Source of the DNA: Octopus bimaculoides
Taxonomy: Eukaryota
Assembly: GCF_001194135.2 (NCBI RefSeq)
Contig: NC_068984.1
Location: forward strand, 27,951,721-28,015,720
Reading direction: 5' to 3'
DNA: 64,000 bases
A model generated the notes under the pieces. That model saw nothing but the letters and a program-made list of their open reading frames with translations, was not told the origin of the DNA and did no database searches. Each line of letters opens with the position of its first letter. The first letter of the stretch is position 1. This document shows, in pieces, positions 1-10,663 of the stretch. The position numbers and the translations under genes are program-made.

Positions 1-236
1 GGCACATAAAAGACACCATTTCGAGCGTGGCCGTTTTCGTGCGGGTGACACGTAAAAGCACCCACTACACTCTCTGAGTGGTTGGCGTTAGGAAGGGCAT
101 CCAGCTGTAGAAACTCTGCCAAATCAGACTGGAGCCTGGTGTTGCCATCCGGTTTCACCAGTCCTCAGTCAAATCGTCCAACCCATGCTAGCATGGAAAG
201 CGGACGTTAAACGATGATGATGATGATGATGATGAT
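1..236 (+). mobile_element. Family A: 3' end of RTEX-like LINE (3'UTR with subrepeats and (GAT)n tail), cut by window start
   Basis: Ends ...AACCCATGCTAGCATGGAAAGCGGACGTTAAAC(GAT)n at 213-236; same sequence lies downstream of an RTE-type ORF at 19379-20370. Confidence 0.85.
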
Positions 237-329
237 ATGCAAATATAGTATTGGTATATCCCATTTATGTTCATTAGAAATTATATAAATAAAGAATTTT
301 GACATGTACGAATATTTATTTCCCCCACC

Positions 330-610
330 GTATATATGAGGATGTCTAGATATGCAAATATATGCAAGAGAAGACATACATAAAACAAACCATACGAATC
401 TGCATATATGCATGCATACATACATACATACATACATACATACATGCATACATACATACAAAAATACCCTGTTGATGTTGAAATTCCAATGAAGGCACCT
501 TGGATATAAGTTGGACACCGGCTCTTCTATTGGAAAGAAATCTTGAAGTAAAACTGAATATTGACATACATACATACATACATACATACATACATACATA
601 CATGCATACA
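330..610 (+). mobile_element. R4-like RLE retrotransposon copy 1 (3'UTR only) ending in (ATAC)n
   Basis: 330-420 is homologous to the post-stop sequence of copy 2 (887-965); then internal (ATAC)n, ~105-bp unit 460-564, (ATAC)n tail. Confidence 0.7.
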
Positions 611-611
611 T

Positions 612-1140
612 ACATATGCCCAGCAGATATTAACATGAAGCTGAATATCAGCAAAAAAGAAAATACCTATGCTGAACTATTGAAACACCTACAGTTACTC
701 TGCCCAGATTAAAATTGCCCTGTAATTATTGGGGCACCTGGATATGGAACACACTACCTAAGTATCAATCTTGAGAAATTAGGCTTCTCAAAACCAGAAA
801 GGAGAAAGCTGATTCAAAGACTGCAGATCCAAGCCATTATTGGAACTGTAAAAATCTGTAAAACTTCCCAGAAGTTTATCATTTAAGTATATATGTACAT
901 GTCTTGACATGCAACTATATGCTTGAGAATACATGCATAAAAAAACACACAAATCTGCACATATACATACATACATACATACATACATACAGACAGACAA
1001 AAATACCCTGTTGATGTTGTTGAAATTCCAATGAAGGAGCCTTGGATATAAGTTAGACACCAGCTCCTTCTCTATTGGTAAGAAATCTTGAAGTAAAACT
1101 GAATAATGACATACATACATACATACATATATACATACAT
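612..1140 (+). mobile_element. R4-like RLE retrotransposon copy 2 (5'-truncated: RLE C-terminus plus 3'UTR) flanked by (ATAC)n on both sides
   Basis: ORF remnant 617-886, 3'UTR 887-1110 with internal (ATAC)n, (ATAC)n tail. Confidence 0.75.
617..886 (+). pseudogene. C-terminal restriction-like endonuclease region of a site-specific non-LTR retrotransposon (R4-like)
   Basis: One frame reads CPADINMKLNISKKENTYAELLKHLQLLCPD*NCPVIIGAPGYGTHYLSINLEKLGFSKPERRKLIQRLQIQAIIGTVKICKTSQKFII*; the CPxD..KENxY..PVIIGA(L)G..GTVKI pattern matches RLE-LINE C-termini; one internal stop at 710-712. Confidence 0.7.
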
Positions 1141-1170
1141 GCATACATATATACATACATACATACATAC

Positions 1171-1290
1171 AAAAATACCCGGTTGTTAATGTTGAAATTC
1201 CAATGAAGGAGTCTTGGATCTAGGTTAGAAACCAGCTCTTTCTCTATTGGCAAGAAATTTTGAAATAAAACTAAATAATGGTATACATAC
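1171..1290 (+). mobile_element. R4-like RLE retrotransposon copy 3 (terminal ~110-bp unit only)
   Basis: Homologous to 460-564 and 999-1110; preceded by (ATAC)n, followed by ATACATAC. Confidence 0.7.
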
Positions 1291-2868
1291 TTCCTTGCAA
1301 ATGGTAAACTTCCCAAAAAGCTGAAGGAAGGCACCATATGTCCTATCCATAAAGGTGGAAGCAGAGCAGAGGCTGGAAACTGCAGGCCCATCTCTCTGAC
1401 TTCACATATTAGCAAAGTCATGGAACGAATTGTCAGAAGGAGATTGATTGCGTTCCTAGAAGAAAATGACTTGCTGAATGAGACCCAGCATGGTTTACGT
1501 CCAGGTAGAAGCTGCCTCACGCAGCTCTTGCAGCATTATGACTGGGTCCTGAAGCAGCTACTTGACCATTCAAATGTTGATGTGATATATCTCGACTTTG
1601 CAAAAGCCTTTGACAAAGTTGATCATGGCTTGATATGTCACAAGCTGCGAANNNNNNNNNNNNNNNNNNNNNNNNNNNNNNNNNNNNNNNNNNNNNNNNN
1701 NNNNNNNNNNNNNNNNNNNNNNNNNNNNNNNNNNNNNNNNNNNNNNNNNNNNNNNNNNNNNNNNNNNNNNNNNNNNNNNNNNNNNNNNNNNNNNNNNNNN
1801 NNNNNNNNNNNNNNNNNNNNNNNNNNNNNNNNNNNNNNNNNNNNNNNNNNNNNNNNNNNNNNNNNNNNNNNNNNNNNNNNNNNNNNNNNNNNNNNNNNNN
1901 NNNNNNNNNNNNNNNNNNNNNNNNNNNNNNNNNNNNNNNNNNNNNNNNNNNNNNNNNNNNNNNNNNNNNNNNNNNNNNNNNNNNNNNNNNNNNNNNNNNN
2001 NNNNNNNNNNNNNNNNNNNNNNNNNNNNNNNNNNNNNNNNNNNNNNNNNNNNNNNNNNNNNNNNNNNNNNNNNNNNNNNNNNNNNNNNNNNNNNNNNNNN
2101 NNNNNNNNNNNNNNNNNNNNNNNNNNNNNNNNNNNNNNNNNNNNNNNNNNNNNNNNNNNNNNNNNNNNNNNNNNNNNNNNNNNNNNNNNNNNNNNNNNNN
2201 NNNNNNNNNNNNNNNNNNNNNNNNNNNNNNNNNNNNNNNNNNNNNNNNNNNNNNNNNNNNNNNNNNNNNNNNNNNNNNNNNNNNNNNNNNNNNNNNNNNN
2301 NNNNNNNNNNNNNNNNNNNNNNNNNNNNNNNNNNNNNNNNNNNNNNNNNNNNNNNNNNNNNNNNNNNNNNNNNNNNNNNNNNNNNNNNNNNNNNNNNNNN
2401 NNNNNNNNNNNNNNNNNNNNNNNNNNNNNNNNNNNNNNNNNNNNNNNNNNNNNNNNNNNNNNNNNNNNNNNNNNNNNNNNNNNNNNNNNNNNNNNNNNNN
2501 NNNNNNNNNNNNNNNNNNNNNNNNNNNNNNNNNACGAGATACTGCAGCAGCCTCGGTTTCAGAGGACCTCAGCTCTTCAATGCCTTGCCAAAACATTTGA
2601 GAGACATGCAAGACATGGATGCGGAGGTCTTCAAGACAAAATTTGACGCTTTCCTCTCCAAGATACCAGACGAACCAATGGCTCGTAATGAGACGCAGTT
2701 TAGGGCAGCTGTGTCAAATTCTCTTATACACCAGATGTGCCATCAAAACTCTTATTGGACCATGTCAGGTGGGGGAGAAGAGCCATGCAAGGAACGTGAA
2801 AATCACGGTGGTGCACCAGCATGACCGCAGCCACTTGGCTGAAACACATAAATAAATAAATAAATAAA
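1291..2868 (+). mobile_element. 5'-truncated CR1-like LINE (RT domain, N gap 1652-2534, ORF end, 3' stem-loop, (TAAA)n tail)
   Basis: FLANGKLPKKLKEGTICPIHKGGSRAEAGNCRPISLTSHISKVMERIV...QHGLRPGRSCLTQLL...DVIYLDFAKAFDKVDH; after gap GPQLFNALPKHLRD...FDAFLSKIPDEP; tail 2849-2868. Confidence 0.9.
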
Positions 2869-2886
2869 TACATATATTCATACAAT

Positions 2887-3060
2887 CATTCCTCATCCTT
2901 GCGCATGTTCAGTCAACTGCTGGACGAAGGCCTGAACATGTTCTCTCCACTAACCATGACCTGATTTTTCCTCACCCATGTTTGGATGCCAAAGAATTTA
3001 GCAAAGTATGGGTATGCCTATGAACTCCATCCCTCTGCCAAGCTATGTCGATCTAATGTG
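2887..3060 (-). mobile_element. Degenerate RTE-clade LINE 3' end
   Basis: Minus strand reads WREHVQAFVQQLT.. resembling the RTE C-terminal W..EAFVQQW motif. Confidence 0.5.
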
Positions 3061-3165
3061 GAAGAGTAGGTTCATCAAGTGAGTATGATCTCAAAATTAC
3101 AGTATAAAGTTATATAATTATGCTGTATATCTAGTCTGGAATTATTTTCCAGCCATCAGCTCTGT

Positions 3166-3548
3166 TGTTGGCACTCTGTCACTTACGACGTCGAGGGTTC
3201 CAGTTGATCCGATCAACGGAACAGCCTACTCGTGAAATTAATGCGCAAGTGGCTGAGCAATCTACAGACACGTGTACCCTTAACGTAGTTCTCGGGGATA
3301 TTCAGCGTGACACAGTGTGACAAGGCTGGCCTTTAGAAATACAGGTACAACAGAAACAGGAAGAAAGAGTGAGAGAAAGTTGTGGTGAATGAGTACAGCA
3401 GGGTTTGCCACCATCCCCTGCCGGAGCCTCGTGGAGCTTTAGGTGTTTTCGCTCAATAAACACTCACAACGCCTGGTCTGGGAATCGTAACCGCAATCCT
3501 ATGAACATGAGTTCGCTGCCCTAACCACTAGGCCATTGCACCTCCACT
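3166..3548 (-). mobile_element. tRNA-derived SINE family D, full length, 11-bp TSD
   Basis: A box TGGCCTAGTGG, degenerate B box GGTTACGATTCC on minus strand; ATCAGCTCTGT duplicated at 3155-3165 and 3549-3559; (AAC) tail. Confidence 0.85.
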
Positions 3549-4741
3549 ATCAGCTCTGTAAAGGAGATGTATCAAAGTACATTTGCATTAGTAGTCTTCT
3601 ACTACATTCTCTCAGCATTTTGGGAATATGAGGTAGGCATTTCCTGAGGCATTGTCAATGATTCTAATTGTTTATATATATTTATATGTTGCTGTATGTT
3701 GATATTGCTGGTATGATTTGCATATTGGTGTTTGTACAAATTTTCAAAGCCTGGGTTTTTGTGATGAGAATGATGACGATGAGGATTTTCCAATTAATTA
3801 CCACAACGCATCGAGAAATATTAGCAACTATTCACACAACAGCCATGACACCATAGACATATTCAATGTTATCGTTATCACCGTTGTTGTCGTCTTCACC
3901 ATCATTGTTCATACAAGATTTTAATGTCTGCTTTTTTTTTTACAATGGACTGATGTAATAAGAAGTGAAAAGTGAAAAGAAATTGTTAAAGTAAGCAAAA
4001 AATAATAAATTCAATTCTTTTAAAATGCTTAGATGTGTTGACATGAAAGAGCATTATGAAAAAAATACTATTACAGCAACAATACCTAAAGACATAATTC
4101 TTAGTTTATAGTATTTTTTATTTGTTTTATTGAATCAGTTAAAGAAAAAATTGACTTTATGATGAAATAAAAATATAAATCAGAAGTAAGTACTAAAAAT
4201 GTAATAAATGGGACCAATCTAGCAAAAAGTAATTTATATTAGATTTTTTTTACTTATCAAATTTGTGAACTTAGTGTATTAAAATTGCTTGAAATCAATA
4301 TCTTTTGTTACCAAGTAATACTGTTATTATAGAAGCAGAATGGTTACATGGATAAGCTATAAGACTGTCAATGCATTAGTTGTGTGTTCAATTTACTGCA
4401 TTTGTTTTATTATAGTTTTGGCATTTACTTTTTGTTTATTTAAATCACAACTGATTAAAAATAACATTATTGGATAGAAGTTTCCAATGCTTCAACCACT
4501 GTATCTGTGATAATAAGGATACCAGTGGAGTCTCTGTAACTCAGAGGAGAACAAACATCTGACAGTATTTCATTTTGAAAAGCACAGGTACACAGTCTTA
4601 CTTTCTAATGCTTATATATTTATAGTTTTTGCCAATATATCCAGAGTTAAACAGTCACTAACCCTATAGATTTTTCAAAACCAGGATTCATGCAGGGAGA
4701 AACTCAGAATTTTTTCAGAATATGTGTGCATATTTTATATA

Positions 4742-5103
4742 TTTTTTTATTTTTATTTTATCTAGTTTCACCTCACGAGCTGTGGCCATGATGGGGCACC
4801 ACTATTTGGTGTTGCTACGTAATTTTATTTCACAAATGCTTTTTATGAATTGACATTTGGTGCATGAGAGAGTTTGATGCAGCTGCCCTCATCTGCACCT
4901 CCTGCCGGGAAGATGGTTCATCTGGGACACTTGTATATTATGCATATTATGGCATATCTTTCTCGCCTATGCTCCAAGGAATAGAGTCTTAATCTCTTGA
5001 GTCTTTCCCAATAGCTTATATGCTGCATAGAGGCTATCTTCTTCATGTAGCTTCGTTGGATTGCCTCAAGTTCTGAGATTAATTTGACACTAGTTGGTAA
5101 CCA
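4742..5103 (-). mobile_element. 5'-truncated, internally deleted CR1-like LINE, second subfamily
   Basis: WLPTSVKLISELEAIQRSYMKKIASMQHISYWERLKRLRLYSLEHRRERYAII; then ..CPDEP..; 3' end GGTGCCCCATCATGGCCACAGCTCGTGAGGTGAAAC plus A-rich tail. Confidence 0.85.
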
Positions 5104-5324
5104 TATATATATGTATGTATTTGTTTGTGTGTATTTGGCGGTGGTGGGGTGTTTCAGCATATTTAACTTTTTCTTTCCAAAAGGGTTTTTCAACCCAATG
5201 CTTACATACTATTATTTATAGCTTTATGTATGCTTTGGGATCCTCTGTTAAAAAAAAAAAAAAAGAATTATTTCATGTTCTTTCGAAAGTTTATAAATTT
5301 TTATGTCAATTATTATTATTATTT

Positions 5325-5566
5325 TTATTTCTTATTTCTTTATTGCCCACAAGGGGCTAAACATAGAGGGAACAAACAAGGACAGACAAAGGAATAAAGT
5401 CGATTACATCGACCCCAGTGCATAACTGGTATTTAATTTATCGACCCCAAAAGGAAGAAAGTCAAAGTCAACCTCGGCGGAATTTGAACTCAGAACATCA
5501 CGGCAGACGAAATACCGTTAAGCATTTCGCCTGGTGGGCTAACGTTTCTGCCAACTCGTCACCTTA
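5325..5566 (-). mobile_element. tRNA-derived SINE family B, tail type a (..GGGCAATAAAGAAATAAGAA)
   Basis: B box GAGTTCAAATTCC, central GACTTTxCxTTCxTTTTGGGGTCGATAA block; many copies in window. Confidence 0.85.
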
Positions 5567-5597
5567 AAATCCTTATTGTTATTATTTCTATTATAAT

Positions 5598-5800
5598 TAA
5601 AGGTAGTAAGCTGGCAGAATAGCTAGTATGCTGGACAAAATGCTTAGAAGTATTTCGTCTGTCTCCACTGAGATTGACTTTGCCTTTCATCCTTACAAGG
5701 TTGATAAAGTAAGTACCAGATAAACATTGTGGTTGATGTAATCAACTTGCCCCCACCTAAAAACTGCTGGCCTTGTGCTAAAATTTGAAACCATTATTCC
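5598..5800 (+). mobile_element. SINE family B, tail type b (..GCTGGCCTTGTGCxAAAATTTGAAACC-ATT)
   Basis: Same head/core as type a, different 3' part; head-to-head with the 5325-5566 copy. Confidence 0.75.
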
Positions 5801-6561
5801 TGTTATTATTAATTTTCAAAAGTCTAATTTCATTGTGCACTTTCACTGCACTGACAACTATATGCCTTTGATATGTAGAGATTTTCTGTGTGTTGAAACT
5901 ATCTGTGTAATATTCTTGCTGTGCCTAGAAGTGTTAATTTTTGTAGGTTATGCATGTTTGTAAGTCCTGGCATCATGTATTTATCTGTATGATTTTTTTA
6001 TTGTTCCCAAAGTATCTACTATTATAGATATTGTTTCTGAATTCAGGACCAACATTCATGTTATCTCTATTTCCAGGTCTTTACAAGATTCACTTATTCA
6101 CAGTATTATTGTATCAGTTACATTTGTGGCAAGGGTTACCTTGTTTAATTAGAAGCCAACAGAAGTAGTTACACTAGTTACTTGGCAAATAAAATATTTT
6201 GAAACAACCAGTAATTTTAAAATCGATTAAGAGAAATTTATTTGTTTACAATTAAACAAGAGGTTCTTTCTTTTCAAGTGCTAGAGGTGTTTGAAGCTAT
6301 TATCAAGTTAAAGAAAATTGCTAAAAAATAAATTTTCAGCATGTTTACCAGAGTTAACTCATGTTTAATGTGATCAGAAACATCACAAGAGAAGTGTCAT
6401 GAAATTTGCAGAACATTTTATATGAAAAAAATAGCTATTTGTGACTTTCCAATTTACAAGTCACTTATCATGCGTAATAATTTCCGTTGTTTTCTATTTA
6501 AATTCTAGTCATTTGCCTGAAACTCTATTTCTCTGAGAAAACCGACTCTCATGCACACTAC

Positions 6562-6563
<2 letters not shown>

Positions 6564-6623
<60 letters not shown>
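6564..6623. repeat. (TA)n microsatellite
   Basis: Direct inspection. Confidence 0.95.
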
Positions 6624-6625
<2 letters not shown>

Positions 6626-6789
6626 ATGAAATGTCACTATTACTGTAGAAGTTTGTCATCATCAAAAATTAAGCAGGTTTGTTCTATTTAGAATGAAGTT
6701 CAAAAGCAGGAAACCATTTTTAAATACTTTTTTCTGATTTTAAATTGAACGTCTTAATTTTATATATTCTTATAAATAATCAATTATTC

Positions 6790-7800
6790 CATGGGTGGCT
6801 AATGAAGGCTGTACAGCAAATGACAGTAACACAGTCAGTGTAGTGAGATTTAACAATGAGTACAGCAATGGTTTCTTTCCTATTTATTTTAGTTCTCCAG
6901 AGCAGTTTAATACTAGCTGCTGATGGAAACTTCTGTATACTGATGGCCATGTTCTTAAAGCAGAAATTCCAGACATAAAAGCAAAATCTAGAATTGAAGG
7001 GCATTGAGGTAAACTTAGCTAAGACAAAGATAAGGCTAAATGGAAAAGCAGACAGGATTCTAATGCCATCGTGAAAACGGTCATGCCTGATGTGCAGGAG
7101 GATGTGGGTTGAAATTTCATAGATTGTGTCTAGTGTAGGCAATAGACACACAAAAGGTGTGGTGGATCAAAGGGAGGTTATCAGCAATGCTAGCCTTCAT
7201 ATGCTCCAAGTTGTACAGTGTACCCAAGAAATAAGTTCTCTCAATTGCTCAGTAAATGTCCTAGCAGCAGTTAACATTTTTTTTATTTCCTAAGTGACTT
7301 AATCAACAGTAGAAGTGGTTGTTTTGAAAGCAGAGTAGCCAAATTAAGAAGGGGTAGAAAAAAGTGCAGAGAACCCACAACCTTTGTTGGAAACTAAGGT
7401 CTTCTCTCTCTCTCTGGAAGTGACAGGTAGATTACATGATGCATGCACGTGTAGTGTAAAGCTTCATGGTAGTATGACCTGGAGTCTAAAGATGGAGGAT
7501 CTGTGAAGGTTTAAAAGAAATGAGGTGTGCATGCTTCCCTGAATGTGTAATGTCAGTTTGCAGAAACTGCATAGTACAAATGACCTGAGAGAAAAGATAT
7601 GGATAAGAAGAATCAGATGTAGTTTGCAAAAGAGAAGAATGCATTAGTAAAGACATGTTGCATATGGATGAGAGGAGCAGCATAAAATGTGCCAAACACT
7701 CAAAGTGGATGGTGGAAGAGAAGGAAATGGGAAAAAGTGATGAAATGTGAAATCAAGATGCTGAACCTCACAAAGGAGATGACAACATCCTGAACTAGAG
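6790..7800 (+). mobile_element. Old RTEX-like LINE fragment (RT, Cys-rich insert, C-terminus)
   Basis: Frameshifted translation gives WKLLYTDGHVLKAE (WELLYADD-like), LELKGIEVNLAKTK, C..C/HKRC cluster, GRLHDAC..LHGS.TW. Confidence 0.75.
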
Positions 7801-7819
7801 AAAACATGCCCTCTTAGGT

Positions 7820-8040
7820 AATCCTTTCTACTATAGGCACAAGGCCTGAAATTTGGTGGGAGGGGACCAGTTGATTAGATCGACTCCAGTATGCAACAGG
7901 TACTTAATTTATTGATCCAGAAAGGATGAAAGACAAAGTCGACTTCACCAGAATTTGAACTCAGAATGTAGCGACAGGCAAAATACCGCTAAGCATTTCA
8001 CCTGGCATGCTAATGATTCTGCCAGCTCGCTGCCTTGGCC
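7820..8040 (-). mobile_element. SINE family B, tail type c (..CAGGCCTTGTGCCTATAGTAGAAAGGATT)
   Basis: Family B head/core, third 3' variant. Confidence 0.8.
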
Positions 8041-8049
8041 TTCTTAGGT

Positions 8050-8820
8050 AATGGCAGAAAGAAATCTAACTAGGAGAATGCTATTACTGTATTTCCTGCT
8101 TCTTTCCCACAATTCTCTCTTACAGCCTATCTCTCCAAACTGCTCTCTTTGCTTTTATTCTCTGCTCTCTCTCTCAACCTGTGATACCTCTCTCCTCCAA
8201 CCTCTCTTTATCTCACTTCTCTTAATAAACTCATCCTCTACTCTGCTAATTTCTATGGTACTTTCCATTCTTTCTTTCTCTTTCTGCTCTTCCAATCATC
8301 CATTGCTTCACTCCTACCTCTCTTTCTCTCATCATTCTTTCTTGGTTCCTAACTCTATGACACCTTATAGTTTCTTTGTCTCTTATCACTTCTGTGATAT
8401 GCCAGCTTCACAAGTCTTGGTGCCATCCACCTCCACCCCCACCTTGCTCCACAAAAAAGCACCCAATTCTGTGATATGCCAGCTTCTCTATCTCACCTGT
8501 ATGATACCCTCCAGACTCTGTCTCTCTCCTTTTCTTCCTCTCAATGTCATCTCTCTGCAGCTTCCCTATCTGGGAAACTTTCTCTGCATTTATACTCTAC
8601 TCTTTTTCCATCTTTCTATTTCTCTCCAGCCCTTCTAGCTGTATCCACCCCAACACTCCCCCAACCTCTTCCTCTTTTCCCTCACTTTACCCTCCCTTGA
8701 AAGCTTCCCCATCATCTCAACTCCCTCTCTAGCCTACCTCCATTATCCCACAATTCACTCCTTCTCTTAATTAGCCCTCTTCAGATTCCTTGCCACCCTC
8801 ACCTATTTTCTCCTTCATTT
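8050..8820. repeat. Low-complexity C/T-rich tract
   Basis: Strong pyrimidine bias on + strand; similar purine-rich tracts at 22560-22780 and 23205-23640. Confidence 0.6.
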
Positions 8821-8840
8821 TGTCTTCCCTTACACTTTCT

Positions 8841-9070
8841 TATTTCTTTACTACCCACAAGGGGCTACACACAGACGGGACAAACAAGGACAGACAAACA
8901 GATTAAGCCGATTATATTGACCCCAGTGCATAACTGGTACTTATTTAATCGACCCCAAAAGGATGAAAGGCAAAGTCGACCTCGGTGGAATTTGAACTCA
9001 GAAGGTAGCGACAGACGAAATACCACTAAACATTTCGCCCAGCATGCTAACGTTTCTGCCAGTTCACTGC
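8841..9070 (-). mobile_element. SINE family B type a with 15-bp TSD
   Basis: TCCCTTACACTTTCT at 8826-8840 and 9104-9118. Confidence 0.9.
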
Positions 9071-9463
9071 CTTACACTTTTCTGCCTTACACTGCCTTAC
9101 AGCTCCCTTACACTTTCTGCCCATACTTGACCTTATGATTGTTGTTTCAGATCTTGGATCAAGGCCAACAATTTTTTGAGGTGGGATTTAGTTGATTACA
9201 TCTTGACAGAAGTTGATCCCACAACATAAACACAAATAGCACTAAGCATTCTTTCCAGCATGCTAATAACTCTACCAGCTCACCACCTAATTTTGGCCTT
9301 ATTACATTAGATAACACTGGGTCATCCTACACAACTCTCTTTGTCACGTATACCACTCTCTCTCTCTCTTCCTTTCTCATTAATCCTGGAACCAATACCT
9401 TCCTCCTTCCTCCTTTCTTCTGCCTCTTACATACTCTCACTCCCTCACTCACTCACTTACTCT

Positions 9464-9495
<32 letters not shown>

Positions 9496-9589
9496 TGTAC
9501 CATATAAAAAAGCACCTGTGAAATCAAGATGCTGAACCTGACAAAAGAGATGACAACATCGTAAACTAGAGAAAATATGCCCCCTTAGG

Positions 9590-9785
9590 TAATCCTTTCT
9601 ACTATAGGCACAAGGCCTGAAATTTGGTGGGAGGGGCCCAGTTGATTAGATCGATCCTAGTATGCAACAGGTACTTAATTTATTGACCCAGAAACGATGA
9701 TAGACAAAGTCGACTTCAGCGGAATTTGAACTCAGAACGTAGCAACAAGCAAAATACCTATAAGCATTTCGCCTGGCATGCTAAT
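9590..9785 (-). mobile_element. SINE family B type c, part of a local duplicate of 7746-8012
   Basis: Shares flanking RTEX sequence with the 7820-8040 copy. Confidence 0.8.
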
Positions 9786-9786
9786 A

Positions 9787-9978
9787 AAAGACTTATGTGG
9801 CATGCTACATAAAAGACTCATGTTGGTGCTGCATAAAAGCACACATTACACTCTGTAAAGTGGTTGATGTTAGGAAGGGCATCCAGCCATAGAAACCATG
9901 CCAAAACAGACATTGAGCCCAAATAGTTCTCCACCTGTCAAACTGTCCAACCTATGCCATCATGGAAAACGACGTTAA

Positions 9979-10034
<56 letters not shown>

Positions 10035-10050
10035 GATGGTGATGATGATG
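9787..10050 (+). mobile_element. Family A RTEX 3' end with long (GAT)n tail
   Basis: ..GTTAGGAAGGGCATCCAGCC..CATGGAAAACGACGTTAAAT(GAT)n. Confidence 0.8.
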
Positions 10051-10663
10051 GTGAAACACACTTTCACAAGTATAAATCTGTTCCTCTCATCATATACTTT
10101 AACGTCTCTTTTCATCTCACTTAAAATCATCATGCTTTCCCCTCTTAATTTTCAGCCCTTTAGTCGCGCAAGTTGAAAAGCCACTTCACAAGTCTTGGTG
10201 AAATACACCTCCATCCCCCACCCTGCCCCACANNNNNNNNNNNNNNNNNNNNNNNNNNNNNNNNNNNNNNNNNNNNNNNNNNNNNNNNNNNNNNNNNNNN
10301 NNNNNNNNNNNNNNNNNNNNNNNNNNNNNNNNNNNNNNNNNNNNNNNNNNNNNNNNNNNNNNNNNNNNNNNNNNNNNNNNNNNNNNNNNNNNNNNNNNNN
10401 NNNNNNNNNNNNNNNNNNNNNNNNNNNNNNNNNNNNNNNNNNNNNNNNNNNNNNNNNNNNNNNNNNNNNNNNNNNNNNNNNNNNNNNNNNNNNNNNNNNN
10501 NNNNNNNNNNNNNNNNNNNNNNNNNNNNNNNNNNNNNNNNNNNNNNNNNNNNNNNNNNNNNNNNNNNNNNNNNNNNNNNNNNNNNNNNNNNNNNNNNNNN
10601 NNNNNNNNNNNNNNNNNNNNNNNNNNNNNNNNNNNNNNNNNNNNNNNNNNNNNNNNNNNNNNN

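Noticed and set aside
330-1290. CRISPR-like repeat/spacer appearance of the three ~110-bp units
   Set aside because: Eukaryotic context, units are far too long, spacers are ATAC microsatellite, no cas genes; better explained as retrotransposon 3' ends.
3480-3548. tRNA gene-like A/B boxes here and in families B and C
   Set aside because: They are SINE heads followed by SINE bodies; no complete cloverleaf supported.
6780-7151. 123-aa minus-strand ORF
   Set aside because: Antisense shadow of the + strand RTEX RT remnant.
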